In this document: piece by piece, positions 1 to 7,230 of the stretch | Layout: each line of letters opens with the position of its first letter | How positions within the stretch are numbered: position 1 is the first letter of the stretch | Source of the DNA: a virus | Virus genome (UHGV): UHGV-0104567 | Strand: one strand, 5' to 3' | Length of the DNA stretch: 11,955 bases | Made by a program: the position numbers and the translations under genes | The notes under the pieces: model-generated | What the model was told of the DNA's origin: nothing | What the model saw: only the letters and a program-made list of their open reading frames with translations | Databases searched by the model: none

Positions 1-3
1 CTT

Positions 4-44
4 TGTGTACACTTTTGTGTACCCAAAAACAAAAATGTGTACCC
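4..44 (+). repeat. Three direct repeats of TGTGTAC(CC) immediately upstream of int (candidate integrase arm-type / att-proximal or int regulatory sites)
   Basis: TGTGTAC at 4-10, TGTGTACCC at 16-24 and 36-44, read directly; each preceded by a T- or A-run. Function is inferred from position only. Confidence 0.4.
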
Positions 45-49
45 ATTCA

Positions 50-1243
50 ATGATCACCGACACAAAGCTCAGGAAGGCGCTCGGCAAGAAAAGAGATGAT
101 ATCGAGATTATTTCTGATTCGCACGGGCTCAACGCCAGAATCAGCCAGGCCGGAAAAATATCATTTTTCTATCGGTATCGCTGGGCCGGTAAAGCGGTAA
201 AACTCAATGTTGGTGATTATCCTGCAATGAGTATCACCCAGGCAAGAGAGCGTCGCCAACAATTCAGAAACTGGTTAACTGAGGGACTGGATCCGCGAGA
301 GCAGGTGAAGCTGGATAAGCAGACCCGACAGGAAGCGATGTCCGTTGCCGAAGCGTTCAATTACTGGATTGAAAGGCACTGTATCGCTAACGGGCTAGTT
401 AAAGTCGATTACTATCGCCAGGTGTTTGAGAAACATATCGCCGAACCGATGAAGAATGTCAAAGTCGATAACACAGCGAAAATGCACTGGATCAACGTCT
501 TCGATTCTATAGAAAGCAGGGTGATGGCTCATTACATGCTTTCGCTGTGCAAACGGGCGTTTAGGTTCTGCGTTAACAGAAGTGTGATCGCCTCAAACCC
601 ACTCGAGGGATTACTGCCATCTGATGTCGGGCAAAAGCCTAAAAAGAGAACTCGCAGGATGGACGATGACGATCTGCGCAAAATCTATCAGTGGTTGAAA
701 AGCCATATGTCGATAGAGTCCGTTTTCCTGGTGAAATTTATTATGCTTACCGGATGCCGTACGGCTGAGATTCGACTTAGTGAGAGATCATGGTTTCGAT
801 TGGATGATAATGAGTGGGTCGTGCCTGCGGGCAGTTATAAAACTCGGGTACATATTAGAAGGGGACTCTCAGACGCCGCCGTTAACCTGGTCAGAAATCA
901 CCTCAAGAAAATAAACACCAATCACCTGGTGACTTCACAACGTAAAATTGATGGCGGGATCAAAGATTCGCCCGTTCATTCACCTGTGGCATCCAATTAC
1001 GCCCGTTCTATTTGGAATGGAACAGGTATGGCAGAGTGGTCGCTTCATGATATGAGGCGGACGATAGCCACAAATCTCTCTGAGTTAGGTTGCCCGCCGC
1101 ACGTAATTGAAAAGCTGCTCGGGCATCAGATGGTGGGGGTTATGGCGCATTACAACCTTCATGACTATATCGATGATCAGAAACACTGGCTCCGCGTTTG
1201 GCAGAGCCATCTTGAAGAGATCATCGGAGAGCCCTTCAGTTAA
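50..1243 (+). CDS. int: Tyrosine recombinase / phage integrase, P4-type (IntR-like) with N-terminal arm-binding DUF4102-like domain
   Basis: ATG at 50 gives [10 protein letters not shown]...[10 protein letters not shown], the characteristic P4-family integrase N-terminus. C-terminus has [11 protein letters not shown] ... LLGHQ ... MAHY consistent with the Arg/His/Tyr catalytic motifs. The track ORF begins at GTG 5, but the 5' extension lies in the repeat region and lacks family similarity. Confidence 0.9.
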
Positions 1244-1437
1244 TTTATCTTCTTTTTATCCTCCCACTCTTTGATTGACTCAGAGCGCCAGCGGTTAGGG
1301 TTGCCGGGCCAGTCAGGGGGTGGGAACGGGCATACGAAGCCCCGAGGCATTGTGTCTGCACTTTGCCATGACCAAAGGGTTTTGCGTGAAATTTTGTAGC
1401 GACTGGTCAGGTCTGACGTTACCAAAATATCATCCAT
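1240..1437 (-). CDS. AlpA/excisionase-like small HTH DNA-binding protein (Xis candidate)
   Basis: 65 aa from ATG at 1437 with SD GGAG 6 nt upstream; the track ORF start at 1482 is TTG. Sequence [20 protein letters not shown] ... [22 protein letters not shown] fits the AlpA/Xis HTH pattern (HTH, then F-P-x-P ... W-R-x-S-E-I-x-x-W). Stop overlaps the int stop. Confidence 0.6.
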
Positions 1438-1478
1438 AGCTCTCTCCAGTTGCCCGTTCGGGCCATTCAAAATCTTTT

Positions 1479-1721
1479 TCAACCAACCTGCCCGGGCAGG
1501 GAGCGGAGACGGCGCATGCCGGTCATCGCTGTGGCCACGTAGCTCGCCTTTCGGTTCACCACCTCCACCCAGACTTTCACGCCTTCAACCTTCACCGTAT
1601 AAGTCTCTTTCATCTTGCTTCGCCCATAGTCGCCATATGTTTGCAAGTGAGCTGCCAGCGCGATGTCGCATGCTTGGCGAGCTAAAGGTGATTGCTTACT
1701 TCCTCGATTGATCAGTCGCAT
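1479..1721 (-). CDS. Hypothetical small phage protein (80 aa)
   Basis: ATG start at 1721 with SD AAGGAG 5 nt upstream; same strand as recT and xis. No family recognised. Confidence 0.5.
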   Translation of the reverse strand: MRLINRGSKQSPLARQACDIALAAHLQTYGDYGRSKMKETYTVKVEGVKVWVEVVNRKASYVATAMTGMRRLRSLPGQVG

Positions 1722-1734
1722 ATAATCTCCTTGA

Positions 1735-1752
1735 GGGAGGGTTACCCCTCCC
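1735..1752 (-). other. GC-rich perfect hairpin (7-bp stem GGGAGGG/CCCTCCC, loop TTAC) between recT stop and the next RBS
   Basis: Read directly: GGGAGGGTTACCCCTCCC. No U-tract follows on either strand, so not a canonical intrinsic terminator. Confidence 0.4.
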
Positions 1753-1759
1753 GGTCTCG

Positions 1760-2878
1760 TCAGGCCACGTATTCCGGTTTCATATCCGCCAGGGTGATGC
1801 TGAATTGATCGTGCAGTTCATCGCCTAAGTGACGCTTTGAAGATGCAAGCATGCGCTCGGCTTCAGCGAACCGTTCGGCTGCATGCGGCTCGTCGGGCTG
1901 GGGCAGGGATTTAATAGCCTCCTCAACCTTGTTGCGTGCATCCACTAGGTAATAACGCTTTACGGCTTTGTTTTTCAGCTCGGTGAATAGTGCGGATCCC
2001 AGCGTAGCTTTCGCCGTTTCAATGTCGGCACGCAGCGATTTGGCGCTATCCACGTCCTGAGCAGATTCGATGCGTTCGCGGAAATCATCGGCAAGAGAGT
2101 CGACATTTACCGACGATTCCTGTGCGCTTTGCGTGGTTGTGACGGTGTCACCTGAGATATCAGCCAGGCTAACGCGTTGCGGCGTTGGGTTGATCTCTTT
2201 TTCTGTGCGCTGTTCAATCTCATCAGGGGTGTACACACCAAGAACAACTGCAGGGCAATATAGGCGCGCCCAGTATTTGAGTGCCAGATAAGCGATCTGC
2301 TGTTTCGGGTTTGATACCCAAAGTGGAGAATTACGTGTGATTACGCTGGAGAGGAAAACAGGCTCTCCCCAGGTGATATCACTTTCACCGCGAATAACGG
2401 CACCTACCCGTACCGACAGTCCTTGTTCATCAGCACTTTCCCAACCGCGTACCATTTCTTTCTTGTCGTACGTCCCGCCACCTTTCGCAGGCTTTTTAAC
2501 GGTTATCTCGCGGCTGCTGGCACATTTCGACCAGTCGCCCTCGTACTCATAGTGAAAGCGGCCAACGATGGCGTTTGAGCTGGAGATCACCGCATTAACC
2601 AGTTGCGCTTCGTATCCCAGGACACCGTTAACCAGGTGCGTCTTTTGCGCCACGGCGTAAGGGTTCATACCCCACTGCATCGCCTGCATGATGATGGCCA
2701 TGCAGTCTGCCGGATTGCCGCGGAGGTGCTCAGGCACCGTTACGGCTGCCTGTGCCATCAACCCGGCGACAGACTGAAGCTGGGTTAAAGCCTGCACGTT
2801 GAAAATGGCATTGCTGGCTGAGATCGTGTTTGGAGTCTGCTGTTCAGCGGTTACGATATTCGTGTTTTCCATCATCAT
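1760..2878 (-). CDS. recT: RecT / Red-beta family single-strand annealing protein
   Basis: Motifs NPADCMAIIMQAMQWGMNPY and SPLWVSNPKQQIAYLALKYWARLY resemble conserved RecT/Bet segments; lies immediately downstream of the RecE-like gene as in the recET operon. Three consecutive ATGs (2878, 2875, 2872); the third has the best spacing from SD AAGGGG. Confidence 0.8.
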   Translation of the reverse strand: MMMENTNIVTAEQQTPNTISASNAIFNVQALTQLQSVAGLMAQAAVTVPEHLRGNPADCMAIIMQAMQWGMNPYAVAQKTHLVNGVLGYEAQLVNAVISSSNAIVGRFHYEYEGDWSKCASSREITVKKPAKGGGTYDKKEMVRGWESADEQGLSVRVGAVIRGESDITWGEPVFLSSVITRNSPLWVSNPKQQIAYLALKYWARLYCPAVVLGVYTPDEIEQRTEKEINPTPQRVSLADISGDTVTTTQSAQESSVNVDSLADDFRERIESAQDVDSAKSLRADIETAKATLGSALFTELKNKAVKRYYLVDARNKVEEAIKSLPQPDEPHAAERFAEAERMLASSKRHLGDELHDQFSITLADMKPEYVA

Positions 2879-2883
2879 TCCCC

Positions 2884-5793
2884 TTATGCCTGAGTACGCA
2901 GCGCTTCAAGGCGGCGCAGGTCGAAGTCGTTCAGTTCGTCGGTGTAGTCAGCAGTGATTGGCGCTGGCCATTCACCTGTGTCGAATCCGGTTGCGATATT
3001 GCGCATCGCTTTGCGGTACTCGAGCATACCCAGCTCCAGTAGTTCAGCGGATGCCTCGATGATGGCGATCCAGTGGTAGTTCTCGTCTTTGTTGACGAAA
3101 ATCCAGAAGAACTGATCCAGCGCTGCGGTTTCGCAGTACATAGCCGCGCTCAGGTGATAATCACGTTCAATAATTTCCCGGTGTAGCCTGGCGCGCAGGC
3201 TTTCCTGCTTAACATTCCACATGCTGATGGTTTTCAGGTCTGCACCTATACGCACGCCATCCAGGTCGATCTCAAGGTCAGGGCGCACACGAACTTCCAA
3301 GCCCGTCTCCTCGTCAAAACCAAAGTAGCTCACCTCAACGGCTCGGCTAGGGTGGGTCAGCAGCATGCCGGCGGTCGGGTGTGCCAGAAGCGCTTTTTGA
3401 ATATTCAGCGCGGTGCTCAGCTGCTGGCGGGTGACCAGCACTTTTCCTTCCGGGTTATCGCGCCAGGCATCCAGCAGTTCGTCGGCAAATACGGCATCTG
3501 GTTTGACTGCCTTCACGGCCTGGATCATGTCTGCTTTGGTACCGGACACTTTCAGTGGTGCCGGTTTCTGTGCTTCCTGAGCCACAAGGTCAGGGTTGAT
3601 GATTGCCAACTGCTCCAGCAGCGCGTCACGGCTGCCGCTGGTTTTAACCGGCGGCGGCAGGGTGGCGTTGTACTCTTTAATGCATGCCTTCATTGCCGTC
3701 GCCGTCTGCTTCTGGTCACCATCAATACGCTGGAAGTCAGCTGGCAGCGCCATATAGTTCTGTGCCGTTTCTTCCAGGTTAGCGCCAAGCGGAACCTGCG
3801 GCGGCAGGGTGGCGTTGTACTCTTCCAGTAACACCTTGATGTCGTCGGCAGACAGCAGCGCCGGCAGGCTGGCATTGTGCTCATCGATAAAGGCGCGCAG
3901 GGTCGCGGCCGTTGTGAATGCGCCTTCAGGGATCACCGGTTCAACGCTGAATTCTGCGTCCAGTAGTTCAGGCTGCAACGCCAGCGCATGCACCAAGTTG
4001 CCCATGTCCAGCACCGCTGAGCGCTCTTTGACGATGGTTTTCTCTACGTGGCGCGCATTGAAGTACATCAGCGAAACGCGCGCATCTTTCACCTGGGTTG
4101 AGCTGATGCCGTTGGCGGCGTGGTAAACCTCGTTTGGCAGCCCTTCATAGCGGCCTGGCTCGAAATAAGCGGGATAAACAACAGCTGGTTCGTCAGATTG
4201 CGCTTCTGGCTCGGTTTGTGCTGCAACTGGTTCGGTTTGGCTTACAGAATCGCTATTTTTGGCGACAGAATCCGTATTCTGGTCTACATCGTCCTTCTGG
4301 CTGGTATCTGACTCTTCACCAGACTCCAGACTGCTTTCGCCTGGCTGTACTTCATCACCAGCTTGTTTTTCATCACTGACAGTTTCTTGAACCTGCACAT
4401 TGCTGGTGGTCTCCGTAGCCTTTTTCGTGCCATGAGTTGCTGAGTTCTGCAGCAAAGCCGTAACGTCGAATATTCCGTTGCCGACATTTTTAACCAGTTC
4501 TTGTTCGACTTTCTGCGGTTGTGCTGCCGCTTCCTCTGCGCGGCGGCGTGCTCCTTCTTCACGCACGCGTTGCAGGTTCTCTTCGTGAGTGCAGAAGGAT
4601 TTGCGCGGAGACTCCTTACCTTCAGGTTGGGGAATTTCCTGTGCTGCGGGTTCAGCCTCATGCAACGGCAATAACTCGACCGCGGAATTGAACGCGGCTG
4701 TCATGGTCTGGTTAACAAATTCCAGGTGAGCGACAGGAGTTAAATGAATATTTTCCGGTGCGATACGTACCAGGTTAAAAATAGCCGTGCGGTTAACACC
4801 CAGAACGCCTGGCTGATTGCGCAGGATGTTGCTCCATGATTTCCATGGTTCTTCTTTTTTGGTCACGATTTCTTTAGCGCGACGAAGAATGCTGCCCGGG
4901 ATCTCGAAGTGGTTGAAGTCCATAGGCAGAAGGGCACACGCAATCTCTAAATCGAGAGTGTCCAGTGTGTGGTGTGCGTCAGGTCCACGGTCAGTGACGT
5001 AACCGCCGTCGGCATTAGTGCCGGAATCAGTACGCTGCACACTACTGATGCGATTACCGGCGGCCCATTCACGCGCCAGGATGCCACGGTCAATGTAATC
5101 AGTCGCCGCCCACATTCTGGTGAAACGGAGTACCAGCGCGAGTTCGTGACGCTTGTCCTGGCTGAACACTTTGCGAATGGCATCGGTGTAGCGCCACAGG
5201 TCTTTGGTGTCGTAACCCTTCACTTCCGGGCAGTTCTCAGCAGCTAACAGCAAGTTCTGGACGTAACTGTTATCAGTGTCCATCTCCAGCGCGCCGATAG
5301 CTTCGTACTCTTCGTGGGTTACGTGGTGGCGCAGTTCGTCGGCGGTGAACTGGGAAAGCAGTTGCTTACGAAACGGCATCTGCACTACCGGGTAGAGGGT
5401 TGAGTCGTCGTCGTGTTCGTCCAGCGTGATGCCAGCGGTTTCTGGCAGCGTTGACTCAGTAGTTATGTGACTATCAACGGTCTGAGCCGTTTTCTCGTCA
5501 GAGTTTTCAGCTGTGACTTTTGGCAGCCAGGTGCGGTCATCGTTCTGCAGTTCGTAGCGTTCGCACCAGGTGTAATCCACTGCGCCTTCTTCCGGCAGGT
5601 CGTCATATACCGGGAAATCGGTGCGGATTGGTTTGGCATAATCTTTACCGCGGCCAGTTTCTTCAATTCCGGCTTCTTCCAGTGCCACATCGAGTTGGAG
5701 ATTGGCGCGCGCTACACTTTTCGCAGTGAACCAAATCACTGCATCTTTCTTGCCAGACTTCTGACTGGCTTTTATCAGATGGAAAAATTCCAT
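2884..5793 (-). CDS. recE: Exodeoxyribonuclease VIII (RecE-like) with C-terminal PD-(D/E)XK nuclease domain
   Basis: 969 aa, ATG at 5793 with SD AGAGGA. N-terminal segments DFPVYDDLPEEGAVDYTWCERYEL and TDYIDRGILAREWAAGNRIS resemble E. coli RecE as I recall it. C-terminal RPDLEIDLDG...GADLKT fits PD-(D/E)XK motifs. Synteny with recT. Confidence 0.8.
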   Translation of the reverse strand: MEFFHLIKASQKSGKKDAVIWFTAKSVARANLQLDVALEEAGIEETGRGKDYAKPIRTDFPVYDDLPEEGAVDYTWCERYELQNDDRTWLPKVTAENSDEKTAQTVDSHITTESTLPETAGITLDEHDDDSTLYPVVQMPFRKQLLSQFTADELRHHVTHEEYEAIGALEMDTDNSYVQNLLLAAENCPEVKGYDTKDLWRYTDAIRKVFSQDKRHELALVLRFTRMWAATDYIDRGILAREWAAGNRISSVQRTDSGTNADGGYVTDRGPDAHHTLDTLDLEIACALLPMDFNHFEIPGSILRRAKEIVTKKEEPWKSWSNILRNQPGVLGVNRTAIFNLVRIAPENIHLTPVAHLEFVNQTMTAAFNSAVELLPLHEAEPAAQEIPQPEGKESPRKSFCTHEENLQRVREEGARRRAEEAAAQPQKVEQELVKNVGNGIFDVTALLQNSATHGTKKATETTSNVQVQETVSDEKQAGDEVQPGESSLESGEESDTSQKDDVDQNTDSVAKNSDSVSQTEPVAAQTEPEAQSDEPAVVYPAYFEPGRYEGLPNEVYHAANGISSTQVKDARVSLMYFNARHVEKTIVKERSAVLDMGNLVHALALQPELLDAEFSVEPVIPEGAFTTAATLRAFIDEHNASLPALLSADDIKVLLEEYNATLPPQVPLGANLEETAQNYMALPADFQRIDGDQKQTATAMKACIKEYNATLPPPVKTSGSRDALLEQLAIINPDLVAQEAQKPAPLKVSGTKADMIQAVKAVKPDAVFADELLDAWRDNPEGKVLVTRQQLSTALNIQKALLAHPTAGMLLTHPSRAVEVSYFGFDEETGLEVRVRPDLEIDLDGVRIGADLKTISMWNVKQESLRARLHREIIERDYHLSAAMYCETAALDQFFWIFVNKDENYHWIAIIEASAELLELGMLEYRKAMRNIATGFDTGEWPAPITADYTDELNDFDLRRLEALRTQA
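3651..3824 (-). repeat. Perfect 27-bp direct repeat inside recE, copies at 3651-3677 and 3798-3824, 147 bp apart (in frame)
   Basis: GCGGCGGCAGGGTGGCGTTGTACTCTT occurs twice, read directly. On the coding strand it encodes the duplicated peptide EYNATLPP, 49 codons apart. Confidence 0.85.
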
Positions 5794-5932
5794 GTGAGAT
5801 CCTCTTTTTTGGGTGTTAGAATCCCCGGACCATTGATAGCGCCCATTGGGTTAACTTTGGTTTTAATGTTGTTTCCGGTGTAACTTTGGTCGGTACCACC
5901 GGACGTAGATCCCGCCTTGCGCGGGTTTTACG

Positions 5933-6094
5933 TTAGCCTTCGTGAGCCATCTGGTCGTGCGAAGCGCAACGTTTGGAGCAATACTCTTTTTCTTTGCGCG
6001 CCAGCTGTGAGCCGTTGCGATAGAGAAGGGTGCTCTTGATTACTTCCTCCGTTTTAACCGGCTTGCCGCAATATCCGCATTTCTTGTCTAACAT
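5933..6094 (-). CDS. Small zinc-ribbon protein, 53 aa (CxxC...CxxxC); YdaE-like by position
   Basis: Not in the supplied track (below size cutoff). Hand translation: MLDKKCGYCGKPVKTEEVIKSTLLYRNGSQLARKEKEYCSKRCASHDQMAHEG. SD GGAGG 5 nt upstream of ATG, directly after the stop of the upstream gene (coupled). Confidence 0.5.
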   Translation of the reverse strand: MLDKKCGYCGKPVKTEEVIKSTLLYRNGSQLARKEKEYCSKRCASHDQMAHEG

Positions 6095-6105
6095 GACATC
6101 CTCCG

Positions 6106-6312
6106 CTAGTGGCTGAGTCCATGCCCCAGACCGTTCAGATAAACTTCAACCAGCAAATCCTTGGTGTAAGTCATTTCTACGCCGCGATGCAGATACAAAC
6201 GTCCGCGAGCGTTAGCTGATGCCGTCCAGGTTGAGTCTTTGTGTTTGACGAGCATCCCCGGCTGAACTGCGCCGCGGTTTACTGTCTGTGTACCGTAGTG
6301 CTGATGAACCAT
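6106..6312 (-). CDS. Small protein at the kil position of lambdoid/Rac early operons (68 aa; function not established)
   Basis: ATG at 6312 with SD GGAG 6 nt upstream. The track ORF extends to a GTG at 6471 with no SD. Kil-like assignment is positional only. Confidence 0.5.
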   Translation of the reverse strand: MVHQHYGTQTVNRGAVQPGMLVKHKDSTWTASANARGRLYLHRGVEMTYTKDLLVEVYLNGLGHGLSH

Positions 6313-6491
6313 GATGTACTCCAGTTTTTCTGAGTGAACTTCGCTGGTGGTGCCGTGGTGCTGATCTTCACAGTTGAGCGTTTTAACTCTGCAGTTCACC
6401 ACCGCGAAACCCACTCTTATGTGCCTGTCTTTTATCCACTTCAGGCTCGGTGGTATGCTGGTAGTTCTCACACAGCCAGCAAGGAATAACT

Positions 6492-6785
6492 ATGAAATCA
6501 GTAACTAAGCCATGTCCTATTTGTGGTGAAGATGCTTTGTCTTTTAACCAGACAAATCAGTTGGTTAACATCAAAGTAAAACCACCAACTATTCGTGAAG
6601 TTCCATCAGTGGTTTACGTTTGCGATACTCACGGATGGTTTTCACTTTCAGAACAGATAAACAGACTCGTCACATCTAATAACGACCCTGCGGCTAAGCA
6701 AAAACTGGCTGTTATTGTCAAAGAGCGATATGTGCCGGAACAGGATCAGCCGTTAGCCCTGAAACCTATTGAGTCGCTCGCATAA
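6492..6785 (+). CDS. Hypothetical zinc-ribbon protein (97 aa; CPICG ... CDTHG), opposite orientation to flanking early genes
   Basis: ATG with SD AAGGA 7 nt upstream. CxxC and CxxH pairs about 30 residues apart suggest a zinc ribbon, possibly like the MqsA N-terminal (YgiT-type) finger, but no HTH follows. Visibly more AT-rich than flanking genes. Confidence 0.6.
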   Translation: MKSVTKPCPICGEDALSFNQTNQLVNIKVKPPTIREVPSVVYVCDTHGWFSLSEQINRLVTSNNDPAAKQKLAVIVKERYVPEQDQPLALKPIESLA

Positions 6786-7035
6786 GGTCTTTTCGGCTCT
6801 CGCTGCGATATCCCAGGCGGTACATTTTCACGTAGGCTTTGCCGCGAGGAATGCCGCCTGTTTTGTTGAATCTCTGCTGGGCGCGGCGATGGTGTTTTGC
6901 TTCAGGGCTGTTTGAACCTTTCCCGCCATTCGATCGAGAACTTGGGAGTTGCATTGGCTTTTGGCGTGAATAGAATTTACGTGCCCAGCATGCTCCAAAG
7001 CCGATCATGCCTGTTTTCTTCGTATTACCTTTCAT
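6766..7035 (-). CDS. Hypothetical small basic protein (89 aa, Lys/Arg/Gly-rich)
   Basis: ATG at 7035 with SD GAGGGG 6 nt upstream. The track ORF extends to 7128. Overlaps the convergent + ORF by 20 bp. Located where the N gene would sit relative to the repressor in lambda, but no N similarity recognised. Confidence 0.4.
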   Translation of the reverse strand: MKGNTKKTGMIGFGACWARKFYSRQKPMQLPSSRSNGGKGSNSPEAKHHRRAQQRFNKTGGIPRGKAYVKMYRLGYRSESRKDLMRATQ

Positions 7036-7188
7036 CTCAATCCCCTCGTTTGCCCTTGTCGCCAGGCTGGCGGAACATTTCTTAACCTGACAACGGTGCG
7101 CGTGTTGTCGATGGAGATAACAATACAAATTTTATTTTCATCTCGCAAGTGGAATGAAATGTAAATTTTCAATTAGGGGTACAGCAAA

Positions 7189-7208
7189 GCATCCAAGCTG
7201 TTGGATGC
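7189..7208 (-). terminator. Candidate weak intrinsic terminator downstream of the repressor gene (8-bp stem GCATCCAA/TTGGATGC, loop GCTG)
   Basis: Hairpin read directly. On the minus-strand transcript it is preceded by a U8 run and followed only by UUUGCUGU, so the T-tract is poor. Confidence 0.3.
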
Positions 7209-7230
7209 AATGAAAAAAAAGATGTGATTT

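Noticed and set aside
5-49. GTG (5) or ATG (35) as alternative integrase starts
   Set aside because: The ATG at 50 begins the conserved P4-type integrase N-terminus; the upstream codons lie within the TGTGTAC repeats and add residues with no family counterpart. Not fully excluded.
3352-5883. Multiple plus- and minus-strand ORFs of 61-159 aa inside the recE coding region (for example 3352-3831, 3809-4126, 4284-4661, 5467-5883)
   Set aside because: They lie antisense or out of frame within a long ORF that has clear family similarity. Their peptides are low-complexity or Arg/Cys-rich, typical of shadow ORFs in GC-rich coding DNA, and the repeated RRQGGVVLF peptide is just the reverse-frame image of the recE 27-bp repeat.
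5911-5930. Hairpin CCCGC-CTTGC-GCGGG followed by TTTTA, terminator-like on the plus strand
   Set aside because: Stem is only 5 bp with a 4-T tract, and it is oriented for the plus strand where no upstream plus-strand gene exists; on the coding (minus) strand no U-tract follows. Likely incidental.
6897-7085. 62-aa plus-strand ORF overlapping the small basic minus-strand ORF
   Set aside because: No SD, Ser/Leu-rich low-complexity product, and the minus-strand ORF has a strong SD; treated as a shadow frame.
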